A stretch of DNA of 56,804 bases, counting the filler, from Sphacelaria rigidula (Eukaryota), in the NCBI GenBank assembly GCA_964200075.2. It is 3 parts of 3 records of this genome, joined end to end, with 100 filler letters (N's around TTAATTAATTAA, not from the genome) between each part and the next. Parts side by side here need not be neighbours in the genome. Positions count along the whole stretch, not along the records: positions 1 to 18,880 come from CAXNAA020000772.1; positions 18,981 to 37,842 come from CAXNAA020000773.1; 1 more part is not named here. One strand, 5' to 3'. A program made the position numbers and the translations under genes. The number at the start of each line of letters is the position of its first letter. Positions within the stretch are counted from its first letter, which is position 1. Below are positions 11,301 to 22,800 of this stretch, in pieces. Below the pieces are notes generated by a model. The model was not told the origin of the DNA. It saw only the letters and a list, made by a program, of their open reading frames with translations, and made no database searches.

Positions 11301-14300
11301 CCCAACCGTGGACAAAAGGCTTCTACAGTCAGTACCAACACGATGTTGAGAGTGTACTGCGCACAGTCAGTGTATTTTGTGTGTTGTCGTCCCATCTATT
11401 CTGGACGCCGGTCTCCACCTTTCCGTATATGTGGGCGCACCAGCCGCGGCTGTGATACCATACAGCTTTGCCCAAGATACAGACAGCCATAACAGCGGCG
11501 GAGGCGGCCTTTCACTCCTGCGTGTGCCACCTGGGGCAAACGCGCGCCGTAGCTGCAACACGGACAGCTTTACAAGATGTGACGTGGCGATATTACGCGT
11601 AGCGAGGGATGATATCCTGCGTACACGTTGACCGCGATACAAGCGGCTGCATTCATGATGTGACGAACTGCATAGGACAACGCGAAATCAATGCAGGACA
11701 GGGATAGGCTAAGAATGTGACGTCCTGCGGTGTGCTTTGTCACCCTGCACCCTGCCGCTGTGGAGTGAGCGGGTAGTACCGCCGAAAGCGTCACGCTGCG
11801 GTTGGTACGCAGCGTCCAACATAGCAGCTATCAGTATATTTTATGTACCGTACTTGCGCATTGATCTGTGCTCTGAAGATTGATACGCGCAAACACAGCA
11901 ACTTATACCGCAATTATCCATCGATCAGGGGGGTACCCCCTCCTCCTCAATAGGGTACCCAGGGGTCCCCCCCCCCCCTACGACCCCAGAATAAGCTTTG
12001 GGCGACCTGGGGGGCGGTGGTGCCGTGATTTCCCGATATGGGGCCCCTCGGCCCAGCGTGCAGCTACTCGACGCTTGATACTGTCTCCTGTCTGCCCGAG
12101 AAACAGCAGTTTGCAACTTATAGGCTATGGCATACCGGGAAGCAAGTCGTGTACGTGTACTTCAAAACAGGAATGGTAGTGGCTGGGACTGGTGCGGGAC
12201 GATCTAGCGGGAATTTGCCGGGAAACGGCTCGCGTCTCAGCGCCGGGTTGCTGCGGGCCCTTGCGGATGTAGGGCGACGACGATAGCACAAAGACGATTT
12301 ATGCTTCAATACAACTTTACGCTTCCGTGCAGCGACACATCACCATGCCCCGGGTGCGTGCGGCAGACCTTCACTTTAGAGTAGAAGGGCCCAGCCGAGA
12401 CCACTCCGGTTTAATTGGATGCACGTAAATCCAGGTACTCCGGGAGGACCTCCACGATGGCGCAGAGGGGGTCAATTGGGTAGAAGCCCGTAGGCAGAAT
12501 CCTTCATGTATACATATTGACGAAATCGGTCTGACGGACTGAATGATAGACGACTTGATCTGGATGCTGCTGATGTAGAGTAGCGAACTGGGACGGACTG
12601 GGATGAACACTGAATACTGTGAGGAAACCCAACTGCACAAATCGGGAAAACCCATCTCCCTTCCCAGCCATCAATCACACGGGCGCAACACAACCACACA
12701 TCCTATAACTGCGTCACACATCATAACCTTACATGGACACATATAGTACCATGAACCTGGTTGTTGCTACACACCATAAGCGACCGTGCCTATACCAGGC
12801 ATTATCATGTGTCGCATCAGAGATATTATCATTTTCCGCCGAATTAACCGTCGCAAACAGTACCCGCACTTGACCGTTTATACCCGATCCTCAACCGAGG
12901 TACAAACCTACTCCAGGCAAATCCAATCAACCATGTATATCATACTTGAGTGTGAGTATATTCGATTACGGTTCACCGCCGAAATCCGAGACCGCAACGT
13001 CACAACACTGAAATAAATTGAAATCGGAAGCGCCCTGGACACAGGTCAATCTATTCTTTTTATACCCTAGTGTTTCTATCTACCAAATTTGAAAGTCTAA
13101 CTCTCTAAAAGTGAGGCGAGAATGAGCGATTCCAAGCCCGGGTCGGTCGAAATTCGGAACAGTATTTTCAGGTCATTTACTAGCTCAGTTTCGGTACTTG
13201 TGCTTTGAAATTTTGTGTGGAGAATCGCTGGGGCAAACTGAAGAAACCATTGGAACGTGGTGATTTTTTTCTTCATGAGTTAAGGACGTTCTAGTGTAGG
13301 AAGGACCTTTTTTCACGAGGTCGCCCTCACTCATGAAAATAAAAATGAAAGCCATTTTTTTTTTGTTTTCAATATGCCGTTGCGATTCTCCATACTCAAT
13401 TCCAAATCACAATTCTGAAACCTGAGCTGGGGAACTGAATCAAGAGCCAAAAAAAACGTTCATTTTTCACAGAAGCGTTACTAACCAATGGAAAAACACT
13501 CAAGTTCCGAACGTCTTGTTTTTATTTTGCCCTCGCGATGCTACATGTCAAATTTTAATGCGGTACTCGATACCAAATTTGAAGCATCAATCTCAGAACT
13601 GAAACGCGAAATCCAGATTCAATGCGTTTAGTGCCTCTGTTCGTAATACATCGATCTTGGAATGGAATATTACGCGCACCACATCTCTAGATAGATAATG
13701 AATCACGTGATGGTGAGGGTATCGATAGATTCTCCCGTGTTCCAGGGAACGACAACACTAAACATCGCCCGTCATCCACTGTACATTTGTTCGAGGTTTC
13801 ATACAGACTCTAGTGTGGATATTCTCTCTATATGGCATAGGAATTACTCGACATGACGTTTGATAAACGAGGAAAAATTGGCGCAGGCTTTTGAGCAGAT
13901 GGGCATGTTCCCTTCGATCAGACGATCAATAAGATATGTGGATCACTGCCCAGTTCGTCCGTGTCAATGAGATATGGCTGTGAGAGCTTGATTCTGTTTT
14001 TGAGCTGACCCAGCTCGTAGATGTTGAGATGGAGGGCTGTCGTGCTGCCTCACCCCTTGTTCTTCAATGTGCTCGATACCAGTCGGGCTACAGTAAACTC
14101 GTTGAATGACTACTGGGGGTAGCGCCCCGTAGCCCTACTGCAGTTGGGCAATCCCTGTTGTTGAATTTGCTTCCGCAACCATTGTTCGGGGTAACGTGCT
14201 TCATTCACATCCCGATTGTTCTCATCCCGTGATAGCTTGTTCCTTTCCGTATGTTGTGTCCAAGTTGTGGGCGCACCGCAGGCTGGTCTTGCTAGGCGCG

Positions 14301-16181
14301 ACTCTGATGCTGTTCACGGCGATCACCGGCATTAATACAGTCATCTTCTACTCCACCACTATCTTCGAACTCGCCGGTGTGGAGCAAGAGGCAAGAACGT
14401 TGCGTACGATTCCACACACCGTACGGATGACTTGGTGCTAATCTTGTCATACGGTATTCAGATTAGCGACCAAATGAAGAGAACATACAGAAATGCGCGT
14501 GGCCCCAAACGGTTATATGGTGCTACGTTGACTGCAGTCAGCTTGCTCTGTGCTCCTATTGCTCGCTGAGTGTCGACGACAACGACGCCAATAGTGATAC
14601 TGTGTGTAAGAATATGTGACGTGTGAATCGAAAGTAATCCAAAGCAACGAAGTCGAGGAAGCCTGCTCTAGGCGTATCTATCCAATTGTTCTGATCGTAC
14701 GCCCTAGACCTCATGGCCCTCCAACACATGTCTCCTCGTCCTGATCCCCTCAATCCTGTCGTTTGTGAAAGGAAACTTTGATGGCATTCATTTGCTTGTT
14801 TTGTACATCGTGGAACATGCGGATGCTCGCAGGTCCTCGCCACAGTCGCCGTCGGGTTGACGTTGATGGTGTTCACGTCAGTTTCTGGTTTTCTCATAGA
14901 CAAGGCCGGACGGAGAACGTTACTGCTGGGAGGAACCACGTTGATGACGGTGGCCCTGGGCACGCTTAGCCTCTCGCTATTCAAGCTCAACGCCGCGCCC
15001 CGAGTGCAGGGATACGTGGTGAGAGGCAGTGTATCGTCGTGGGGGGGAATGAGAGGAGTGAGGACCGGGGGACTAAGCGGGGGGGCGATATGTCTGTCTC
15101 GTGACATGCATGTGTGGGTTGCTGATCCTTCATGCATCAGTACGATTGGCGCTGATGTGACCATGATGGTCGGTGTTTGCGGTAGAGTATTTCAAGGTTG
15201 TGTTCTGTAGGGTATACCCGGAAGTAGGGGATGTTTGGTTGGCATGCTAAACCATGCCGAAATGTAGATTGTACCGAAACGCTCCGGTATGGTCCGTCAG
15301 GGTGTCGACCCTCGTTCCGAAAAATCCGACATGGTACGGAAGGCCATTTACCGATAAATTTCCTCTTCTATACTTCTGTAAATACCCGAATTTCAGCCGA
15401 CATACCACACAGAACACCCATCTCGAAGTATTCATGCAGGCGTTTGTTTGCCACCACTATCGTCGGGTACGCTTTTGTGATGTGTCCATTGACGTCGGGT
15501 TGTGAAGAAGGCGTTGCGGACCAACTATCCATTTAGACCTACGTTCCTTGAACACGGTGAACAGGCCCTTGGCTTTACGCCTTTTTTTTACAGTGTCAGA
15601 AACCCTCTGTTCCTTTCCCGATTCCCCACTCCATGCCTCGTCGTGTAACACCCTGTCCGTGGAACCAACCGAAGGCTGTCGTATCTACACTCGTTTTCAT
15701 CGCGGGGTTCTCCTTGGGCATGGGTCCGGTGGGTTGGATCTATCTCGCCGAGATCGTCCCGTCCCGCATACGTGCGAAGGCTTTCTCGGTATTTACTGCC
15801 ATAAACTGGGGCTCCAATCTGTTCATAGGCCTCTTCACGTTAACGGCGATCGACTCTGTAGGGGCGTGGCTGCTTCCTGATGCCAAGTCGGACAGAGAGC
15901 AGCGGAAGGCTGGGGTGGCGGGGCTGTACGCTGTGTTCGCTTCCGTTTGCATCGTGAGCGTCGGATTCATCACTGTGTTCGTCAAGGAAACCATGGGAAA
16001 ATCGCTCGAAGAACTAAACAGTAGCAATGTTGAGGAGAGGGGGGGTAGTGGCGCATACGGTGAAGGAGAGGAAACCAAGCGTGCTTTGCTGGGTGGCGAG
16101 GGAGTAGGGGTGCTAGGAGAGAAAGAGGACTTGGAAGTGGGGGACGAGGAGGACCACAACATTGGCCGTGTTGCGTTGTAG
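8400..16181 (+). CDS. MFS sugar porter (SP/GLUT-like) family transporter, spliced; 5' end incomplete
   Basis: Phase-consistent exons 8400-8618, 9011-9124, 9559-9757, 10129-10323, 14265-14390, 14833-15018, 15675-16181. Family motifs SDTLGRR, GRLIGG, EVSSPRNRG, GWR, PESPRWL, TGINTVIFYS, IDKAGRR, GMGPVGWIYLAEI, VKETMGKSLEE. Confidence 0.93.
10067..10084. repeat. (TA)9 microsatellite in an intron
   Basis: Direct reading of the sequence. Confidence 0.85.
13170..13440. repeat. Long imperfect inverted repeat (fold-back) in the large sugar-porter intron
   Basis: agctcagtttcggtacttgtgctttgaaattttgtgtggagaatcgc pairs with gcgattctccatactcaattccaaatcacaattctgaaacctgagct. The inner arms ttcatgagt / actcatgaa also pair. 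Confidence 0.75.
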
Positions 16182-17176
16182 GGTTACTTTACGGTAAAGG
16201 GTATGTTATCATTTTTAGGTGTAGGATCACCCAAGTAAATGTCGTCAGTTTCAGCGGAATGGAAACACCAGCCGTGTGAAGTTTAGTGCATCTAGTACTG
16301 TACGAGTAATAACTGTCGATAGTGCCATTTTCTCTCCATTTGCTTTCTTGTTTTTATATCATTTTTATTTTCATTTATTGTGATGGACTTCGGTACACGT
16401 TCTTTTCCCCGCGTGACATTTGGGCACTTCTGTCTCTTTTCTTTAGACGTCGTGGTTCTCATGTCTGGTTATGCGGTTTCCGGGTAGCTGAGTTGCAACA
16501 TGCTTACATGGCTGAGGTTTTTTCCCGAGGGCTCTCCACCAAGCAGCCAAAACCTATGTTCGAAATCATGATCTTTTTCGCGTGTTTAGCCAGTCAGGTG
16601 CACGCATGGGTACAGCACCACGTTACCACCGACAAGCTCCATCTTGATCCCAGACTCTCTAGGTGAGACTAACTGCCTGTGTACCGAGAATCATGCCGTG
16701 AGGGAGCGTTGATAGAGTGTACAGCAGGGCTGTGTCTGCATGGTGTGTTGTATAAACCTTGCGTACGTTGGTCGAGTCTCGATTTGTTCCGATGACCAGC
16801 GTTGGTTGGGCGTACGTATGGGTTGCTTCGTTGGTAGGGTGTGCGTTTGGGTTTGATGGCATATTATTGTTGACATCGGACTGTGTAAGGGTCGTTGGAC
16901 ACGATAAACGGCGATGATGCCGGGGGGGGGGGTCTCATGATCTCGCATGCCGTAGTCATGAGAGCAACGACCTTGCATCCCTTCAAAGCCCGGACGGAGC
17001 ACGCCGGGTTTTCGCCCGACTAGGCTCGCTATCAATTACCAAGAGCGAAGCGCCGTAATGTGTTCGGCGAGCTGCATGAAGGGTGAGCTGCATCCTGTTG
17101 AGATTGCTCGGCCCGAGGCGTCCTGGTTATCTTGTATTTGGATGGCAGACTCCAAAGTGTTGAATCATTTTCGGGC

Positions 17177-17432
17177 ATCGCCAACTCCAGAGACAGCCAC
17201 GGCTTATCCACTGCCTCATGGGTATCTCACTATATCAACACTACGTAGTACGACCATCCCCTTTGCATGGAGTTGAGGTTTTGCCATCCCGCACAATATG
17301 ATCTAGTTCGACCACCATCATGATCACCGCACAAAAAAGGTAAGCGTGCAAAACAAATCGGTAACCTGGTTGCCTAGCTTACACAGTGAGTGGCGTGTTT
17401 GACAGTGTTATTGCCAACCGACGCCAAACTCC
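17177..17432 (+). repeat. Interspersed repeat family copy (other copies at 1-58 on + and about 56590-56804 on -)
   Basis: Shared blocks atcgcca..tccagagacagc.acggcttat, catgggt.tctc, cgaccaccatcatgat, aaacaaatcggtaacctggttgcct, cagtgagtggcgt. Confidence 0.8.
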
Positions 17433-18880
17433 CGGCGATGATGGGAGGTATTCATCATTCCGAACAAAACGTGGGGGATGAGAGCATCGTGAGTGTATCT
17501 TACCGACTGAGGTAATTAGGTGCACGCAAATGTTTTTTTCCAGTCATTGAGTCCATCCAGAACGAATACTTTATTGGGTTCCTCCCCACCACCTACTATG
17601 TTTATCTTCCACCCCTTTCTGTTTCCGCCCGCTTTGGTCCAAAGAGCGAACACCTTTCACCACCATCGGCCTTCCATAGCTACCGTCGAACCCACCGCAC
17701 GGCAAAAAGTCGAAAGGCCGAAGAACGTTTCCAACGCTTCTTTATACCTCTTCCCACGGCCTGGAGACTGGAGACCCCCCCGCCGATCTTTTCTACACCA
17801 CGGAATGAGACCCTGAGGGGTGATTGACATACAGTGTACCACCGTTCGTGGCGCGTGCCCAAACGGCACAAGTTCCCGAAGGGCGGAGCACAATTCAAGT
17901 GGCACAATCTGCCAAGTTATACAACACAAGGGCTAAACCGCAGTGGAATTTTTTCGCGATCCTTGTTTTTCCTGAAATTCGTTTGGAGCTTTTCGGGCTA
18001 TTCGCCAAGAAATGTTTTGGCTGTGTGCCATCGAGGGGGCCATGAACCAGCGGCACAGTGCCCCTTCCTGTGGTGCATACGCCATGCAGCCCGGACCTGA
18101 GACTCGAGCACACATCAACTAATAATGACCCCACTGTCTTAGGACACCTCACGATATTGATGAGAGGAAGCGTTTGCCACACTCTATTTTGAAATCTATA
18201 GGTTATGGAATTGAAAAAAAGCAAGATGACCTCATCAATACACTTTTGCCCCAACGACTTCGTCGGTTTCTGCTCTTCAAAACTCCAAGAAGGAAAACCG
18301 GCATACTCGAACAGCTGTCGAAACCCGGTGTTTGAATTGTCTTAAAAAGAGTGCAAGTCCCAAGAAAAAGGATATCAAATTATTCACTTTTTTATAGCAT
18401 TGAGAGAAAGAGGAACGAGACAAGGAAAATGTTGGTGAGATCAGGAACTAGGTTTTGTTTTCGGAGCGGTTCCAAAGTCGAGTTGGGGGATATGGACGCT
18501 GATCAACTTCAGGCACGTAACATGACGTGTTTTTTTCATTGAAAGCTTACGAACAGAAGATGGAGCGATGATGTTGTTCCAAGGGCGAATGCGGCGGTGC
18601 CAAACCAATAGAGTGAGACAGTGACTTTGTCCCTCCTTGTATCCTACACTACCAGAGGCATCTTCGTGCTGTCATCGGTCATCATTGGGGCGTGGGGGAC
18701 AAGAGGCAGGCTGCCAGCACAACATGTCCTGTACGACCGTAGGGGGGTGTGCCCTGTATCATCCGTACCCCCCTCCGACGTGCACAATGACCTGCAGAGG
18801 TCGGGATCTTCATATTATAGCCTCTGCCAGACGATCTGGACAGGAGGGCTATTCAGTGAGGGACTTCTCCAGAATCCACT

Positions 18881-18980
18881 NNNNNNNNNNNNNNNNNNNN
18901 NNNNNNNNNNNNNNNNNNNNNNNNTTAATTAATTAANNNNNNNNNNNNNNNNNNNNNNNNNNNNNNNNNNNNNNNNNNNN
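18881..18980. other. Assembly gap with artificial linker
   Basis: N44-TTAATTAATTAA-N44, a six-frame stop linker identical to the one at 37843. Confidence 0.97.
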
Positions 18981-19838
18981 AGGAGCCCCTGAACCAGACA
19001 AAATTTCGCGAAAAAAGTGCACCCCTACCGTAGCATTGCTCCAAAACACTTGGTTCCAGTTAATTTATAATCACTTGGTTTTAGTGTGATCAATAACCAC
19101 GTGCTTACAGTATATATAGTCAACTATTATACTTGGTTCAATTGTGATAACTCTAATAACCACTTGGCTTGACTCCTACTTCGTTTAGTTCTCCTTCTTT
19201 CGTCAAAATGTTAACCCCTCCCTCTATGATAGCTTCCCCTTCCTCGGGACTAGCCCGCGGTCTCAAGGGATCAACCTGACGGGATCAACCCACCATCTCT
19301 CCCCGGGTAAGCTACTCGTACATGCCTTGCATTTTGGTTCCGCCATTTGCATCAGTCCTTCCCGCATCGTGTCGATTGTCGTCACATTAGCTTAGCCGAA
19401 CAAAATCATTTTGTACTGGCATCGCCCCACGCTTTCAACGACGGAAATCGGATAATTCGAGGAAAACACCCGAACGCATGTGGCAGGAATCGAACTATTA
19501 ATAACTGCATGTCTTGTATATACAACAGTACAGCAGGATAATCATACTTTTATTTCCGATCGACCAGAGTTGTGAAACTTAATTCTTACCCCTGGAGGCT
19601 ACAGCAACAGCATTAGCAGCATCGGCGACATGAATCGGAACAACACCGCAGCAAATACTGCGCAACACGGACAAACATAATGTGCACAATGTGTGTAGTG
19701 AACCCAGAGCCCTGCTGTCCTGTGCCGTCTGAGCCGGTCTGTCTGTTGATACGTGAATCTAGTAGTCAAACGAAAAAACAAAAAATACAATCGCGACAGC
19801 GCGCACCCCTCTACCACATCACAACAAAGCGTATCACA

Positions 19839-22800
19839 ATGGGCAAGAGAACAAAGGGTCAAGATCGGGACAAGTATTACCACCTCGCCAAGGACCAAGG
19901 CTACCGCGCCCGATCCGCTTTCAAGCTAATCGAGGTCAGTCCCTTAGTTTTCTTGGCCCTCTGTATACTCTCCTTGCTCTCATGCAGCTCTTGTCTCCGG
20001 GTGTCGCGTCGTGTCGTGACCGACTGTGCGATGTACGTCGCAGTGAAGCACATGATGGTTTGCAAGTTACAACTGTATGCCGGTGACTATTATCTCACCA
20101 ATGGAGTCAGCAAATGGACATGACTTCCCAGCTACCTCAACAGTTGATGCAGTTTCGTAGTGTGCTTGGTTTTGTGCTGGTTGTACCTGAGGTCGGGATT
20201 GCCTCGATCACAGCCACACACCCTGGGGGGGTGCCGACAGACGGAGTATAACACCCCCCCCTGAGAAATTTCTATGAGTTCCTTGCTCTCGATTCATCGG
20301 GCAATGAATTCCTGTTGTGTCGAGAAGCCATATTTCCTCAGCAGGTCCAGGTGGCATCTCTCAAGAACACAGCGATAGGCGTCGTGGCGTAGACAAGCTC
20401 TAGAAAATGAAGTTGCCCAGGGCTACTTGCGTTTCACCTCACGGCACCATATCCCAACTTGCATCGTCCCTCTTCATATACTATACCACGCCTAAGGAGT
20501 TGGTTTTACGGTCACATACGGCACAGACGGACAGCCCAACACTGCACAACACGGCAGTTTGTCGTAACCGAACACCACGCAGGTCCCGTTTTTGAGGGTG
20601 AAAAAGCTCAGGAATGTGCTGATGGATCCAGTGGCTGATTGAGGTAATACAATATCCGGTAAGGGGTTGCCGAGGCTTCAGTCAAGACGGCCTGCGCTCT
20701 CCACAACAGTAGCGGCGGAGGGTGCTGTTTACACATCACAGGTACCGTGCATGGAACTGACCGCACTATCGCGAACGAGTCATATCCGGCGCTCAGCGGT
20801 GTACCGCAGAAACGTAACTGAAGGTACTCAAGTTCTACATTTTGGTTCCCTCCCCGCTCATCACAAACAACAGATAAACAAGAAGTACGACTTCCTCAGC
20901 AGCGCCAAAGTATGTATCGACCTCTGCGCGGCCCCGGGAGGTTGGTGCCAAGTGGCGGCCAAGTATATGCCTCGCGGGAGCATCATTTTGGGCGTGGATC
21001 TCCTGCCGATCCGACCCATTCCAAACGTGAAGACTCTTGTCCATGACATCACCACTGATGAGTGCAGGACGGCCTTGAAGCGGGAAATGCAAACGTGGAA
21101 GGTACGTCACCGCATGGCTGCGACACGGGGAAAACTACAGAGGTCGAGTACCGGCTGTCGTGATGCACTTGGCTTCGTAGAACGCCAGTATCGGGTGCCC
21201 ATGACAGAAACTGAAAACATTCACCAAAACATGGCTCTTTTGTATAATAACATATTCTACGGCGGGCCTAGCGTCGAAGGTTTGTCGATGGACGATACAC
21301 GCACAGGGGCTAGATGGAGCATGCGCGAGACGGAGGAGGGGTGTTCACAGCTCTCTTTTTTTGCAGACGAGGCTGCTCACTATCAAGTCGTATCGGATCA
21401 ATGACACACCCCAGCAGAGTCAGCTCAGCTCCACGGGTGTTGTTGAGCGAAGTCCAACGCAGGTTGCGCCCCTTCATCACGAGACGAAGTCTCGTTTTTC
21501 AATGTCCATAGTAAGTCTTGTCGACTATATAATCATTCTTGTTGTCAACTAGCAGCAGCTTTCATGACTGCGCGGCAACGATGAACGTCACATTTTTTCA
21601 ATGAACGCCGAGCCAAAAGCAACCGTCTGAGAACGAGTGTGGGTCAGGCTGTGAATCAGTATCAGGTTGACTCGAAAATATCACTGCATTACTTGATGAC
21701 CTATCCTCGCGGTCCCGAGGTTGAACAGGTGCATGAGGAAACGTGTCTGAAAAAAAGACGACTTCTCCTTCAATTACCTGTATTTCTTGGACTCTTTTGA
21801 GGAGTGGTCTGAATATGGGGCCTGCACTACTCATCCCGACGCACGTGAACACTCTCCTCGGAGACGGCCTAGCGCACTCCAGGGAATTTTTAACATACGT
21901 GCAAGAGCAAAATTGGAAGGGGTCGCGTATTGCGTGGCTGACTTTTTTGTCGATGGGACATTTGGTGCTGACACACCGTTCCATCGCCCCACTGTCATGC
22001 CGCGTACGAAGCGTCTCTACACCACTGTTCTGGAATGGGAGTAGGAGATGGACCGGATGGAGCCCACCCCGTCACAGGGAGGCACTCGGAGAAGTTTTGT
22101 TTCAGACTGAGAATGATACACGCTTTGTTTTTTCCATCGAAGCTTTAATTTTGTAACAAAATGGTATGACTTTCCCCTCGTCGGTCAGATAGCGTGCTGC
22201 GGTGTGCCTGCAACGATGCACCCGATCGGAAACTCCCCGACTTTTCCACTTCTTGAAAGATGTGAGGAATTATTGATTCCATCGGCTGCACACGGGGCTG
22301 CCCCATCCGCATACCCTTCAAGTTGGAAGACTTGAAAGGTTTGTTGTGTAGGTTTTCCACTACTTCGATATTTTCGAAAATCGTACTGAAAGCACCCACA
22401 ACTTGGGTACAGAATTGAAATCGCGGTAAAGGATGCCCAATGATTTGGGGAAGTTTGGAAATCGGATTTCGCTACACGAGATTTGGGACTGGAAACTCTG
22501 GTATTTCACAGATGAGTTGCATGATGCATTGTAAACTGGAGTTCAACGCCATGATTGATTTATCCCTCGGTCCTCTGTTGGTAGGCAGACGTTGTCCTGT
22601 GTGACGGCGCGCCCAATGTGGGTACAGCATACAAGAAGGATGCCTACGAGCAGAACGAGATCGCTCTTCACGCCCTGAAGGTGGCAACTCAGCACCTCAA
22701 AAAAGGTGGAACCTTCGTGACGAAAGTGTATCGGTCTCAGGACTACAACTCGCTCATGTGGGTCATCCAGCAGTTCTTCATGGAACATCAGGTGATGCAC

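Noticed and set aside
18881-18980. Palindromic TTAATTAATTAA between N runs (also 37843-37942)
   Set aside because: Identical synthetic scaffolding linker in both gaps; not biological.
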